Of a stretch of DNA of 64,000 nucleotides, positions 51,692-60,350 are shown in pieces (position 1 is the first letter of the stretch; every line of letters starts with the position of its first letter). The DNA is taken from assembly GCA_946414345.1 (NCBI GenBank), contig CAMKOB010000002.1, positions 6,540-70,539 on the forward strand. Direction: 5' to 3'. Position numbers and translations under genes: made by a program. Under the pieces are notes generated by a model. The model worked only from the letters and a program-made list of their open reading frames with translations. It did not search any database and had not been told where the DNA came from. This DNA comes from an uncultured Candidatus Saccharibacteria bacterium (GTDB lineage: Bacteria; Patescibacteriota; Saccharimonadia; Saccharimonadales; Saccharimonadaceae).

Positions 51692-52642
51692 ATGTGTACT
51701 GGGGTGAGATTTAGTGATGATAAAGGAAATATGTATTTTGGTCGTAATTTGGATTGGTCGACTGGCTATGGTCAAAAAGTTGTTGTAACTCCACGTAAGT
51801 TTTTGTATGCCTCGGCCTTTTTAGGTGCTCAAATATCAAAGCAGGGTGCAATTATTGGTATGGCGATTATTGAAGAAAATACACCTCTGTATTTTGATTG
51901 CGCTAATGAGTCTGGTCTTGCGATTGCAGGTTTAAATTTTCCGGGTTACGCAAAATACGAATCAAACGCAGTTGAAGGTAAGACAAACGTGGCGGCTTAT
52001 GAGTTTCCACTTTGGGTGGCAATGAATTTTGCGACAGTCGATGAGGCAGAAAAAGCTTTGAAAAACGTAGCAATTGTGGCAAAGCCAATAAATGATAAGT
52101 TTCCAGTTTCAGAGCTACATTTTATTATTGGTGATGGCAAACGTTCAATTGTTGTTGAATACACAGAGGCAGGAATGGAGATTTACGACAATAATATAAA
52201 TGTTCTCACCAACCAGCCTGGTTTTGCTTGGCATAAGGAAAATTTACGTAATTATATGAATGTAATACCTCAAATGCCTAAGAGAATCTATTGGGATAAA
52301 GAAGAATTAACCCCGTTTGGTAGCGGTTCTTTGATGAGAGGTATGCCAGGCGATTATTATTCGTCTTCTAGATTCGTACGCGTCGCTTACCTTAATTCAC
52401 ATTATCCAGTTAAAACGACGGAAGCGGAGAATGTGTCGCGATTATTCCATACTTTAACTGGCGTAGCGATGATTGATGGCGCGGCAAAGATGCTGGATGG
52501 CAATTATGAAATTACGATTTACACGGGTGGTTATTCGGCTGCGACGAAGACTTATTATTATAATACTTACGAAGATCCAGCAATTCAGTCTGTATCGATG
52601 ACCGATTATGATCTAGATTCTGCTGAATTGGTACAGGTGTAG
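51692..52642 (+). CDS. Ntn-hydrolase of the choloylglycine hydrolase / penicillin V acylase (linear amide C-N hydrolase) family
   Basis: MCTGVRF with the nucleophile Cys at position 2, FGRNLDW, 316 aa, no signal peptide. AAGGAG Shine-Dalgarno. Confidence 0.85.
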   Translation: MCTGVRFSDDKGNMYFGRNLDWSTGYGQKVVVTPRKFLYASAFLGAQISKQGAIIGMAIIEENTPLYFDCANESGLAIAGLNFPGYAKYESNAVEGKTNVAAYEFPLWVAMNFATVDEAEKALKNVAIVAKPINDKFPVSELHFIIGDGKRSIVVEYTEAGMEIYDNNINVLTNQPGFAWHKENLRNYMNVIPQMPKRIYWDKEELTPFGSGSLMRGMPGDYYSSSRFVRVAYLNSHYPVKTTEAENVSRLFHTLTGVAMIDGAAKMLDGNYEITIYTGGYSAATKTYYYNTYEDPAIQSVSMTDYDLDSAELVQV

Positions 52643-52643
52643 G

Positions 52644-53378
52644 ATGAAAAAAATAATTTTCACGATTTTGCTTTTAGCTATTCTCGTGGGTATAGGATTT
52701 TGGGGTTATAATGCCGTCATTAATCGTGAAATTAACATTAACAAATTATTTTTGAGCGGTCAGGTTATTGGGGTGGACGTGTCGTCTTACCAGATTGATG
52801 TGGATTTTGATGAACTTAAAAAACAGGGAATTGAATTTGCTTATATCAAGGCTACAGAGGGTTCTACTCATGTCGATTCGAGCTTTAAAGAGAAATGGAA
52901 AAATGCGCTTGAGTCTGAATTGGCGGCTGGCGCCTATCATTATTTTATTTATAATGTGAGTGGAGCGGAACAAGCAAAGAATTTCATTGAGACCGTGGGT
53001 GAATTGGATAGTAGGCGTTTGATTCCGGCTGTAGATATGGAATTAACAATGGCAGAAGTGCAGAATCCTCCTGCCGTTGATGATGTGGTACGGGGATTAA
53101 AGGCGTTCTTGGCGGTAGTGGAAGAAGAATATGGGGTGAAGCCTTTGATTTATGCGCAGAAGGATTATTACGATAAATACCTTGCGGCAGATTTTGCTAG
53201 CTATCCACGGTGGGCGCGAAATGTGTTTTATCCAGTGTTTATGGATATTGGAAATGAATGGGCGGTTTGGCAATTTAATGATAAGGGTGAATTAAGTGGC
53301 TATACTGGTGAAAGATATATTGATTTAAACGTAGTTAATTCTGCGGTTGGTGTCGAAGGGTTAAGATATAATAATTAG
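52644..53378 (+). CDS. Membrane-anchored GH25-family muramidase (lysozyme)
   Basis: N-terminal TM helix, GVDVSSYQIDVDFDELKKQGIEFAYIKATEGSTHVDSSF, and a C-terminal DLNV motif. Confidence 0.85.
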   Translation: MKKIIFTILLLAILVGIGFWGYNAVINREININKLFLSGQVIGVDVSSYQIDVDFDELKKQGIEFAYIKATEGSTHVDSSFKEKWKNALESELAAGAYHYFIYNVSGAEQAKNFIETVGELDSRRLIPAVDMELTMAEVQNPPAVDDVVRGLKAFLAVVEEEYGVKPLIYAQKDYYDKYLAADFASYPRWARNVFYPVFMDIGNEWAVWQFNDKGELSGYTGERYIDLNVVNSAVGVEGLRYNN

Positions 53379-56171
53379 TTAAGTGCGTACGCAACGTATA
53401 TATAAGCCATAGCTTCTGTCGTAATCCCCTTTATTTGTGATAAGTGCATTGCCGTTATAATATAGTCCATAGCGATTTACTTCTCCATTTGCAGCAGCCG
53501 ACCACCATCTCCCAAAGTTCGTGCCATAATTTGCTCCATCCCTATAACTTCCACCCGTAATTGGTGAAAATAGATTTTTAGAGGTCTCTGTTGTGGAGGA
53601 TAGACTATTTACCAAACCAGCTTGATAGTACGTATTGTATCCTGGTAGATGCCAGCCTGCCGGACAGATGTCTTCCGTTGCTGTCCCATTATTCGAACTT
53701 CCAACAATCGTTTTTGCTGTGGTTGCAACGTAATTGTACCAGACTCCTGTTGTGGCACTACTTGAATCTTGACACATCGGTAGTTCGTAACTGTTCCCGG
53801 AACTCAAACTTCCTTCGCATACATTAACGCTTTCGTAAGTACTGAAATTAGAATCCTGCGAGTTCACTTCACCAGTAATACGTAGATTTTGTGTCATCCA
53901 ACAAGCCCCGTGTATGTATCTTACTTTGTAATCATTTCCGTCGCGTTTATCATATACTTTAAAATCTGTTTCTGTGGCTGCAATTTGACATGCATTTTTT
54001 GTGAGATCTTGTATATATATTGGCTGTTCTGTTGTGTCTTTTTTCAATTTACATCGAATATTATACCCATTGCGTCGGCCAGTATTGTCTCCTGTGGCAA
54101 TGCTGCTTCTGTTAATACCAAGAAAGTATACTGATGGATTTCCTAGAGTTGTCGATGACCACCAACCACCATATTGTCCTTGATTTGAAATGGGCCCATA
54201 ATAGGTTTTATTGCCGGAAAGTGGTAAGCGTAAGGCAGTTCTATATTTTGTTACACCATTATAGGCATTAAATAAAACTTTGTATTCTGCATCTGAACTT
54301 GATCCACCTGTTGGGATTTCCCAGCCTGACGGGCATATATCTTCGCTGATTTGATTTATGTCTGGTGTTCCAGCATCTGTGCCATTTCCGTAGCAATACG
54401 AGCCCGCGCTGGCTGCACAATAATTATAATATGCTCCATATTTCCAATTTGAAGCTTCCGCTAAAGGATCATCGGAAGTAACACTATTTATTGACGAAAT
54501 ATTTACCATTGGTGCTGAGTATGAATATGTCTCTTGGTCTGACCAATTTGAAAGTGTTAAACCGGATGTGGCATAGTTACCGCTTGGGTCAGTTTCTGGA
54601 TCACGTATACTGGTTCCTTTAAGATAATTTAATGTAACTGTGGTGGCATTTGTATTACTGGCCGATAGAGTGCCTACGATTGTACTGTCTGTAAGGTCGA
54701 GCGCTAGATTGTCTGCTAACCAAATATTGCCATCTTTTAGTTTTGTTACGGTATATATTGTTCCATCACGATTGTCTGTTAGTGTCGTGGTTGATCCATT
54801 ACAAACTGAATTTAGAGTTATTTGGTCGATTGAATACGTCTGCATTATGCTGGTTCCGGATGGAAGTGGTATACACTCAAATTTACTTTCGAGCACTAGT
54901 GCGCCATCTCCTTGTCCTATTGTGTAATAAGCATTTATACTTGACGTAGAACTTAGGGACGAGTTGGTGTTGTTATCATTTTTAAACCAGCTGTCGAAGC
55001 TATAACTTGTGTCGAATACTGGATATAAATAATAATTATCCAAATATGTAAGTTCGCTGCAAGTAAATATATCATTATTATTTGTGCATGGGATAGATGC
55101 GTCGCTCCCCTCTTTTTTAACTGATAGGTTTGTTACATTGCTATCTGCATTTATTATCAAATTATAACGGTTTTTTGTCCAGGTTGCATATAATATAATA
55201 TTTGCATTATTGGTTGTTTTATCGATCCCAAAATTTGTATTGCTTGCATATTCTGTACCCGTGCAGGTTAATCCGTTGTTTGATACTGTACCGAGGCACC
55301 ATTTATTGAACGTATAACCAGCTCTTGTGGGTGCCAAATTTGGTATTGTTATGTTTGCTTGTGTCGTATTTCCATTTATGCTATCGGGTAGATTCTCCAC
55401 TGTGTTGTCACCTGTATTATCATTGAAAGTAATGTTGTATGTGATTGGGTTTGCGACATATTCTAGTATGAAAGTGTCATTGGTATAAGTTCCGGCTGAC
55501 TTGGTATAGTTCACTCTAACCCCTAGACCAATAGTGTAGTCATCTGCATTGCTAATACCATCGGCACTATTTGCTGCGACAGTACTATTAATAATGACGG
55601 CATGGTTATCGGCTGGTGAAGGATAGTAGTTGGTGGTATTTGAAATTGAATTATAATAGCTCGGAATATATCCCCATCTATTGTTTAGCGTTTGCCCAGT
55701 TACTTCTGGCGATGAGAATAACTCGTACGTAGTTGAGGATGGGAGTGTATTGATAGAGCCTTCGTGATTATTTGTCAGATTTGTGTTGTTACTGTTTGAT
55801 TTTAATGTGAGCGTATAACCACTATAATTATTTGTACTAATACTAAATTGGGCTTTTTCGCTTTCGTTGCTAGTCGCAAAAGTTCCGTTTTTTGAGCTGA
55901 CGGCTAAGTATACAGATGCCGTTGGTTTTACGATATTGAATGTTATTGTTGGTTCTGTTGCCGTGCCTACTATGGCTTCGACATTTCTTGAACTTACGCA
56001 TATAGGATTAATTGTTGCAAGGAGTAATAAGGTTAGTGTTACAAGGGAAGCTATGCAGATTTTTCGTGTTTTATGCGTATTTGTAATTAGTTTGCAAAAT
56101 GAACTGTCTGATTTCTCGACTTTTCTATAACCATTCTCAACAAAATATTTATTTCTATTAAACACTTCCAT
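53379..56171 (-). CDS. 930-aa surface protein: signal/anchor, shared beta-rich module, InlB-B-type (Flg_new-like) repeat(s), two tandem FISUMP domains
   Basis: FISUMP 1 ~aa 441-708 (IWLADNLALDL...YYNYCAASAG...CPSGWEIPT...YNIRCKL). FISUMP 2 ~aa 719-930 (CWMTQNLRITG...WYNYVATTAK...CPAGWHLPG...LYIRCVRT). The repeat runs AGYTFNKWC...ILYATW. Confidence 0.8.
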   Translation of the reverse strand: MEVFNRNKYFVENGYRKVEKSDSSFCKLITNTHKTRKICIASLVTLTLLLLATINPICVSSRNVEAIVGTATEPTITFNIVKPTASVYLAVSSKNGTFATSNESEKAQFSISTNNYSGYTLTLKSNSNNTNLTNNHEGSINTLPSSTTYELFSSPEVTGQTLNNRWGYIPSYYNSISNTTNYYPSPADNHAVIINSTVAANSADGISNADDYTIGLGVRVNYTKSAGTYTNDTFILEYVANPITYNITFNDNTGDNTVENLPDSINGNTTQANITIPNLAPTRAGYTFNKWCLGTVSNNGLTCTGTEYASNTNFGIDKTTNNANIILYATWTKNRYNLIINADSNVTNLSVKKEGSDASIPCTNNNDIFTCSELTYLDNYYLYPVFDTSYSFDSWFKNDNNTNSSLSSTSSINAYYTIGQGDGALVLESKFECIPLPSGTSIMQTYSIDQITLNSVCNGSTTTLTDNRDGTIYTVTKLKDGNIWLADNLALDLTDSTIVGTLSASNTNATTVTLNYLKGTSIRDPETDPSGNYATSGLTLSNWSDQETYSYSAPMVNISSINSVTSDDPLAEASNWKYGAYYNYCAASAGSYCYGNGTDAGTPDINQISEDICPSGWEIPTGGSSSDAEYKVLFNAYNGVTKYRTALRLPLSGNKTYYGPISNQGQYGGWWSSTTLGNPSVYFLGINRSSIATGDNTGRRNGYNIRCKLKKDTTEQPIYIQDLTKNACQIAATETDFKVYDKRDGNDYKVRYIHGACWMTQNLRITGEVNSQDSNFSTYESVNVCEGSLSSGNSYELPMCQDSSSATTGVWYNYVATTAKTIVGSSNNGTATEDICPAGWHLPGYNTYYQAGLVNSLSSTTETSKNLFSPITGGSYRDGANYGTNFGRWWSAAANGEVNRYGLYYNGNALITNKGDYDRSYGLYIRCVRT

Positions 56172-56257
56172 TTATGTATGACCTTAATGCTTTCTATTAT
56201 AACACACTTTTTTGTTTTGTGTAAAAAACATAACAATTTTTTATAATTTCAAAAGTA

Positions 56258-56279
56258 TCAAAAAAAGCCTTTATGGCTT
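56258..56279 (-). terminator. Hairpin plus T-run immediately after tRNA-Ala(CGC)
   Basis: The minus strand reads AAAGCC-ATAAA-GGCTTT followed by TTTT. Confidence 0.5.
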
Positions 56280-56355
56280 TGGTGGAGTATGCGGGACTTA
56301 AACCCGCGACCTCCGCAATGCGAATGCGGCGCTCTATCAGCTGAGCTAATACCCC
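56280..56355 (-). tRNA. tRNA-Ala (anticodon CGC)
   Basis: Hand-folded. Acceptor GGGGTAT/ATACTCC with G3:U70, anticodon stem CCGCA/TGCGG, loop TTCGCAT, T-arm GCGGG-TTTAAGT-CCCGC, encoded CCA. Confidence 0.9.
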
Positions 56356-56379
56356 ATGTTTTTATTTTATCATGAAATG

Positions 56380-56388
56380 TGGTAAAAT
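56380..56388 (+). promoter_or_regulatory. Extended -10 (TGGTAAAAT) 6 nt upstream of the trpS ATG (leaderless)
   Basis: TGGTAAAAT, then GAAAGT, then the ATG at 56395. Confidence 0.5.
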
Positions 56389-56394
56389 GAAAGT

Positions 56395-57405
56395 ATGAAA
56401 ACGATTTTAACAGGGATAAGAGCAAATTCAGAATTAACGCTCGGCAATTATTTAGGAGCTTTGCTTCCGATGGTGCGACTAGCAAACGAACATTCAAGTA
56501 AAATGAATGTGAATATTTTTGTGCCAGATTTGCATTCGATTATTTCTGATGTGGATGGCAACTTAAGGTCCAACACAATTCGAACTTTAAAGTATTATTT
56601 GGCGGCGGGGCTTGAAATAAATAATAATGTGCATATTTATCGCCAGAGTTATGTTCCGGCACACTCGGAACTCTGTTGGATTCTGAATTGTGTTGCAACA
56701 ATGGGCGAGATGGGCCGAATGACGCAGTATAAGGAGAAGTCAGAGGGCAAGGCGTCTTGCAATGTCGGTATTTTTGATTATCCTGTTTTGATGGCGGCAG
56801 ATATTTTACTTTATTCGGCTGAGTATATACCGTTGGGCGAGGATCAGTTCCAACATATTGAGTTGGCTCGCAATTTAGCAATTCGTTTTAATAACCGATT
56901 TGGCGACATTTTTGTGGTGCCAGAATCGACGGTGCAACAGATTAAATTTATGGGCGTAGAACAGGGTATCAGAATTCGTGATTTATTAAACCCTGATAAA
57001 AAAATGAGTAAGTCAACTAAAGCGGAAAACTCCAAAATTATGCTTGACGATACTCCTGAAAAGGCTACAAAGAAAATCATGTCTGCAACAACCGATTCGT
57101 TAGGTAAGGTAAGGTTTGATATGTGGGCGCAGCCGGGTATTTCGAATCTACTCGTAATTGAATCCCTTGTTACTAATACTCCTCTTGCGGATGTGACTGC
57201 ACGCTGGGCGGGCGAAACGCGCTACGGAGATTTAAAAAAGCAGGTTGCAGCAAGTGTATCTGTGATGCTAGCTGATTTTCAGGAGAAACTGGCTGGAATT
57301 TCGGATGAGGTAGTGTTAAAATTGCTCGATGAAGGTGAAGCTTATGCTAACAAAGTAGCAAATGTTAAGCTGCTTGAAGTGCAAAAAGCGTTTGGACTAA
57401 GATAA
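56395..57405 (+). CDS. trpS: Tryptophanyl-tRNA synthetase
   Basis: TGIRANSELTLGNYLGAL, GEDQFQHIELARNLA, KMSKS. 336 aa. Confidence 0.93.
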   Translation: MKTILTGIRANSELTLGNYLGALLPMVRLANEHSSKMNVNIFVPDLHSIISDVDGNLRSNTIRTLKYYLAAGLEINNNVHIYRQSYVPAHSELCWILNCVATMGEMGRMTQYKEKSEGKASCNVGIFDYPVLMAADILLYSAEYIPLGEDQFQHIELARNLAIRFNNRFGDIFVVPESTVQQIKFMGVEQGIRIRDLLNPDKKMSKSTKAENSKIMLDDTPEKATKKIMSATTDSLGKVRFDMWAQPGISNLLVIESLVTNTPLADVTARWAGETRYGDLKKQVAASVSVMLADFQEKLAGISDEVVLKLLDEGEAYANKVANVKLLEVQKAFGLR

Positions 57406-57406
57406 C

Positions 57407-58285
57407 ATGATACGGACGGGGAAAAAATTTAGTAAACCAGAGATGTCGCGAGTGATCAATGGTGATAAAGAGCTAAACGTTGAACAGGAAAAACCGGTAA
57501 AGAAACGTTTGGATTTGATCTTGGCTGAAATTTATAAGAGCTACAATCGTTCTACTTTGCAGAAATTTATAAAAAGTGGTTTTGTGAAGGTAGACGGTGA
57601 ATTAGTCACGAAACCCTCTGCAACTTTTGAAGATGGTGTTTATATTGATTTGGTTGTACCTGAGGAATTGCAAAAGACTGATTTAAAGCCAAAGATTATT
57701 TTTGAGGATGATAATGTGTTAGTGGTGAATAAGCCAGTTGGATTGTTGTCTGAATTTAAGGGCCAGTATTGTCCTGAAGCAACGCTCGCCCAGTATGGTT
57801 TGATTGTGCACCGCCTTGACCGTGATACTTCTGGTGTGATTATTCTTGCAAAAAATGAGGAGGCTCAATCTTATTTGCGTCGACAGTTTCAAGAGCGCAA
57901 AGCGCATAAAAAATACCTTGCTATAGTTTCGGGTCGGCCAAAGCTTGATGAGGCGCGGCTTGATTTGCCGATTATTCGTAATCTCAAACGCCCAACTACG
58001 TTTTTGGTTGATGCAAATGGTAGACCTTCGGAGACTTTTTATAAGGTTTTGAAGTCAGATGGTAAGCATTCTTTAATTGAGCTTCGCCCGACGACTGGTC
58101 GAACGCATCAATTGCGTGTACATATGAAATATCTCGGTCATCCAATTGTGGGAGACAAGGTTTATGATGGTGAACCATTTGAAAGACTTTGTTTACATGC
58201 TGCTGAACTAGAAATTACATTGCCGGGTGGCGAGCGACGTACTTTTACTGTGCCGATGCCGGAGATATTTAATAATGTTTTTTAG
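57407..58285 (+). CDS. rluD: RluA/RluD-family pseudouridine synthase with an S4 domain
   Basis: S4-like KRLDLILAEIY...FIKSGFVKVDGELV, catalytic HRLDRDTSGVIILAKN, and GRTHQLRVHM. Confidence 0.9.
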   Translation: MIRTGKKFSKPEMSRVINGDKELNVEQEKPVKKRLDLILAEIYKSYNRSTLQKFIKSGFVKVDGELVTKPSATFEDGVYIDLVVPEELQKTDLKPKIIFEDDNVLVVNKPVGLLSEFKGQYCPEATLAQYGLIVHRLDRDTSGVIILAKNEEAQSYLRRQFQERKAHKKYLAIVSGRPKLDEARLDLPIIRNLKRPTTFLVDANGRPSETFYKVLKSDGKHSLIELRPTTGRTHQLRVHMKYLGHPIVGDKVYDGEPFERLCLHAAELEITLPGGERRTFTVPMPEIFNNVF

Positions 58286-58937
58286 TTCAGTCGATAAAAT
58301 CCCTAGTATTGCTAGTAAAGTAGGATGTGCAGTTTTTGTGGTGCCTTCGAATATAGAAATTTTGATTAAAAATGCTTTGATTTTGAAGCCAGATACTAAG
58401 TCGGTGATTACAATTGAACAAGTGCGTGACGTGTTGGCTAGATTGTCTGTGAGACAAACTAGTGACGTCTTTATTTTGATTCGACCAGCTGAAACTTTAG
58501 GCCTTGAAGCGGCAAATGCGATGTTAAAAAACCTAGAAGAGCCTGGCGATAAGGTTCATTTTGTCTTGATTACTGATGCACCAAGTCAGTTGCTGCCGAC
58601 GATTTTGTCGCGTTCGGCAGTGTATTTTTTGAGGGAGACACGTTCGCTTGATTCTGCAGTTGAGGCGGATAAGAAAGTTCTCGATATTGCACGGCGTTTA
58701 GTGGTGGCAAAACCTGTAGATCTACCTGCACTTGCGGAAGAAATATCTAAGAAAAAAGAGGGTGTGAGGGCATATGTTCTTTCTATTCTTGATGCGGCAA
58801 TTGAAATACTTTACAAATCTTATTTTAAAACTGAAAAAGACGCGTTTTTGAATAAGATTCCAAAGTTTTTGGCGTGTTATGAGGCAATTTCGAATAATGG
58901 ACATGTGAAATTGCATTTGGTGGCGGATTTGATGTAG
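58275..58937 (+). CDS. holB: DNA polymerase III delta' subunit-like clamp-loader protein (short)
   Basis: ANAMLKNLEEPGDKVHFVLITDAPSQLLPTILSRSAVYF (sensor-1/SRC region). The ATG at 58275 overlaps the rluD end. Confidence 0.75.
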   Translation: MFFSSVDKIPSIASKVGCAVFVVPSNIEILIKNALILKPDTKSVITIEQVRDVLARLSVRQTSDVFILIRPAETLGLEAANAMLKNLEEPGDKVHFVLITDAPSQLLPTILSRSAVYFLRETRSLDSAVEADKKVLDIARRLVVAKPVDLPALAEEISKKKEGVRAYVLSILDAAIEILYKSYFKTEKDAFLNKIPKFLACYEAISNNGHVKLHLVADLM

Positions 58938-58941
58938 GTTG

Positions 58942-60312
58942 CTATCTAATTACGCATCGGATAAATGAACCATTCCCGCGATGATAGCCCACAGTATCGA
59001 ACTCTCCATTATTATTATTTATACTGAGCCCGCTGTTAACGTAGGATGTCCAATAGTAGCCCGTGGTGCCAAAATTAAAGGATGATCCAAACCACCATCC
59101 TCCAGATATAAAATACGCTGGAGCTAGATTTGCGTTCCCGGAAGTTCCGGCGGTTAAATCAAGATCAGTTTTTAATTTGTCAAAAGTTTTATTGCCAGTA
59201 ACAGTTGGCAATCTCCACCCGGACGGGCAAATTGATTGATCAATATCGCCTTGCCTTATATCTTCGCTATTGTTGAGCGCGACTGCGGCTGTCCAGTTAT
59301 AATAGTTACCTATATGGTAGTGTTTGTCATTCCCACACGCGATGGTCCCTGCATTGAGTGTAGTTACCCTTATTGTATTGTTCCAACATAGCTCACCCGG
59401 ATCATAAGATTCGGGAGTAGTATCCGTATTGTTCCATGTAGTATTTTCGGTCTGATATGTTGCGATTTCTGCTGTCCATTTAGCGTTTGCATTCGGTGTA
59501 GAGCCATGGCCTATATCGGTGTTGGTGTAGGTATAAAAATTTTCAGTGGTTATGATGTTGTGATCTAGGTTTTGCGTCATCCAAACATTACCGTCGGCGA
59601 GTTTGGCGACGTAATATTCTTTTTCGTCTCGACTATCTTTTAGTTGATATTGTTGATTTAGAACCATTGAATCTAGTACTTCGATCATTTCGCTGCTAGT
59701 CAAAGTAGCGAAATCTTGCATATACTCGAGATTATTGATATTGGCTGGTATTGGATCGGGGGCACAGGTGCTAATAAATGTTACTGTGTCTGTATAAGTG
59801 CCTGGCTTAGTGGCGGGTGTGAGCTTGGCGGCAAAATATACATCTATACTGAGTGCGGTAGAACCAGTGTCTTGGGCGTAAGTGGTAATTGGATTGTTTG
59901 TTGTAACTGCACTATAATCACCGTTGGAGCCTACACGGTATCCCCAACGATCGTTAGTAAAATTCGTTTCTGATACAGTATCGGATAGTGTGGCGATAAT
60001 ATTGTTGCCAGAGGTCAGATTGGTTGAGCTAGTGGTCATAGTGACGGTGCATGTGTTGCCAGTATTGGTGTAAGTATTAATTGTGGCATAATCACTGGTA
60101 AATGCGCCGTTGACGCTTGGGACGATTTCTAGGGCAACATTGTTGGCGCTAATTTCAACTGTCGAGGACGGCGTGATTGTGGCGCTCATGTCAATACTGG
60201 AACTGAGTGCGTTGGTTATTCCGGTATTGTAAGAATGGTCTGCTGCATTTGCTACGCCGATTAAGACCGCACTTATAGCAAGTGTATTATAAATAGCTCT
60301 TGATAACTTCAT
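58942..60312 (-). CDS. Surface protein, paralogue D: classical signal peptide, shared beta-rich module, one FISUMP domain
   Basis: MKLSRAIYNTLAISAVLIGVANA|AD. NDRWGYRV...KPGTYTDTVTFISTCA. VWMTQNLDHNI...HIGNYYNWTAAVALN...SICPSGWRLPT...GSFIRCVIR. Confidence 0.8.
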   Translation of the reverse strand: MKLSRAIYNTLAISAVLIGVANAADHSYNTGITNALSSSIDMSATITPSSTVEISANNVALEIVPSVNGAFTSDYATINTYTNTGNTCTVTMTTSSTNLTSGNNIIATLSDTVSETNFTNDRWGYRVGSNGDYSAVTTNNPITTYAQDTGSTALSIDVYFAAKLTPATKPGTYTDTVTFISTCAPDPIPANINNLEYMQDFATLTSSEMIEVLDSMVLNQQYQLKDSRDEKEYYVAKLADGNVWMTQNLDHNIITTENFYTYTNTDIGHGSTPNANAKWTAEIATYQTENTTWNNTDTTPESYDPGELCWNNTIRVTTLNAGTIACGNDKHYHIGNYYNWTAAVALNNSEDIRQGDIDQSICPSGWRLPTVTGNKTFDKLKTDLDLTAGTSGNANLAPAYFISGGWWFGSSFNFGTTGYYWTSYVNSGLSINNNNGEFDTVGYHRGNGSFIRCVIR

Positions 60313-60319
60313 ATCTATA

Positions 60320-60328
60320 ATTTTACCA
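60320..60328 (-). promoter_or_regulatory. Extended -10 (TGGTAAAAT) 7 nt upstream of ATG 60312 (leaderless)
   Basis: The reverse complement of ATTTTACCA is TGGTAAAAT. Confidence 0.45.
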
Positions 60329-60350
60329 TAATTGGTTTAAATCTAATAGA

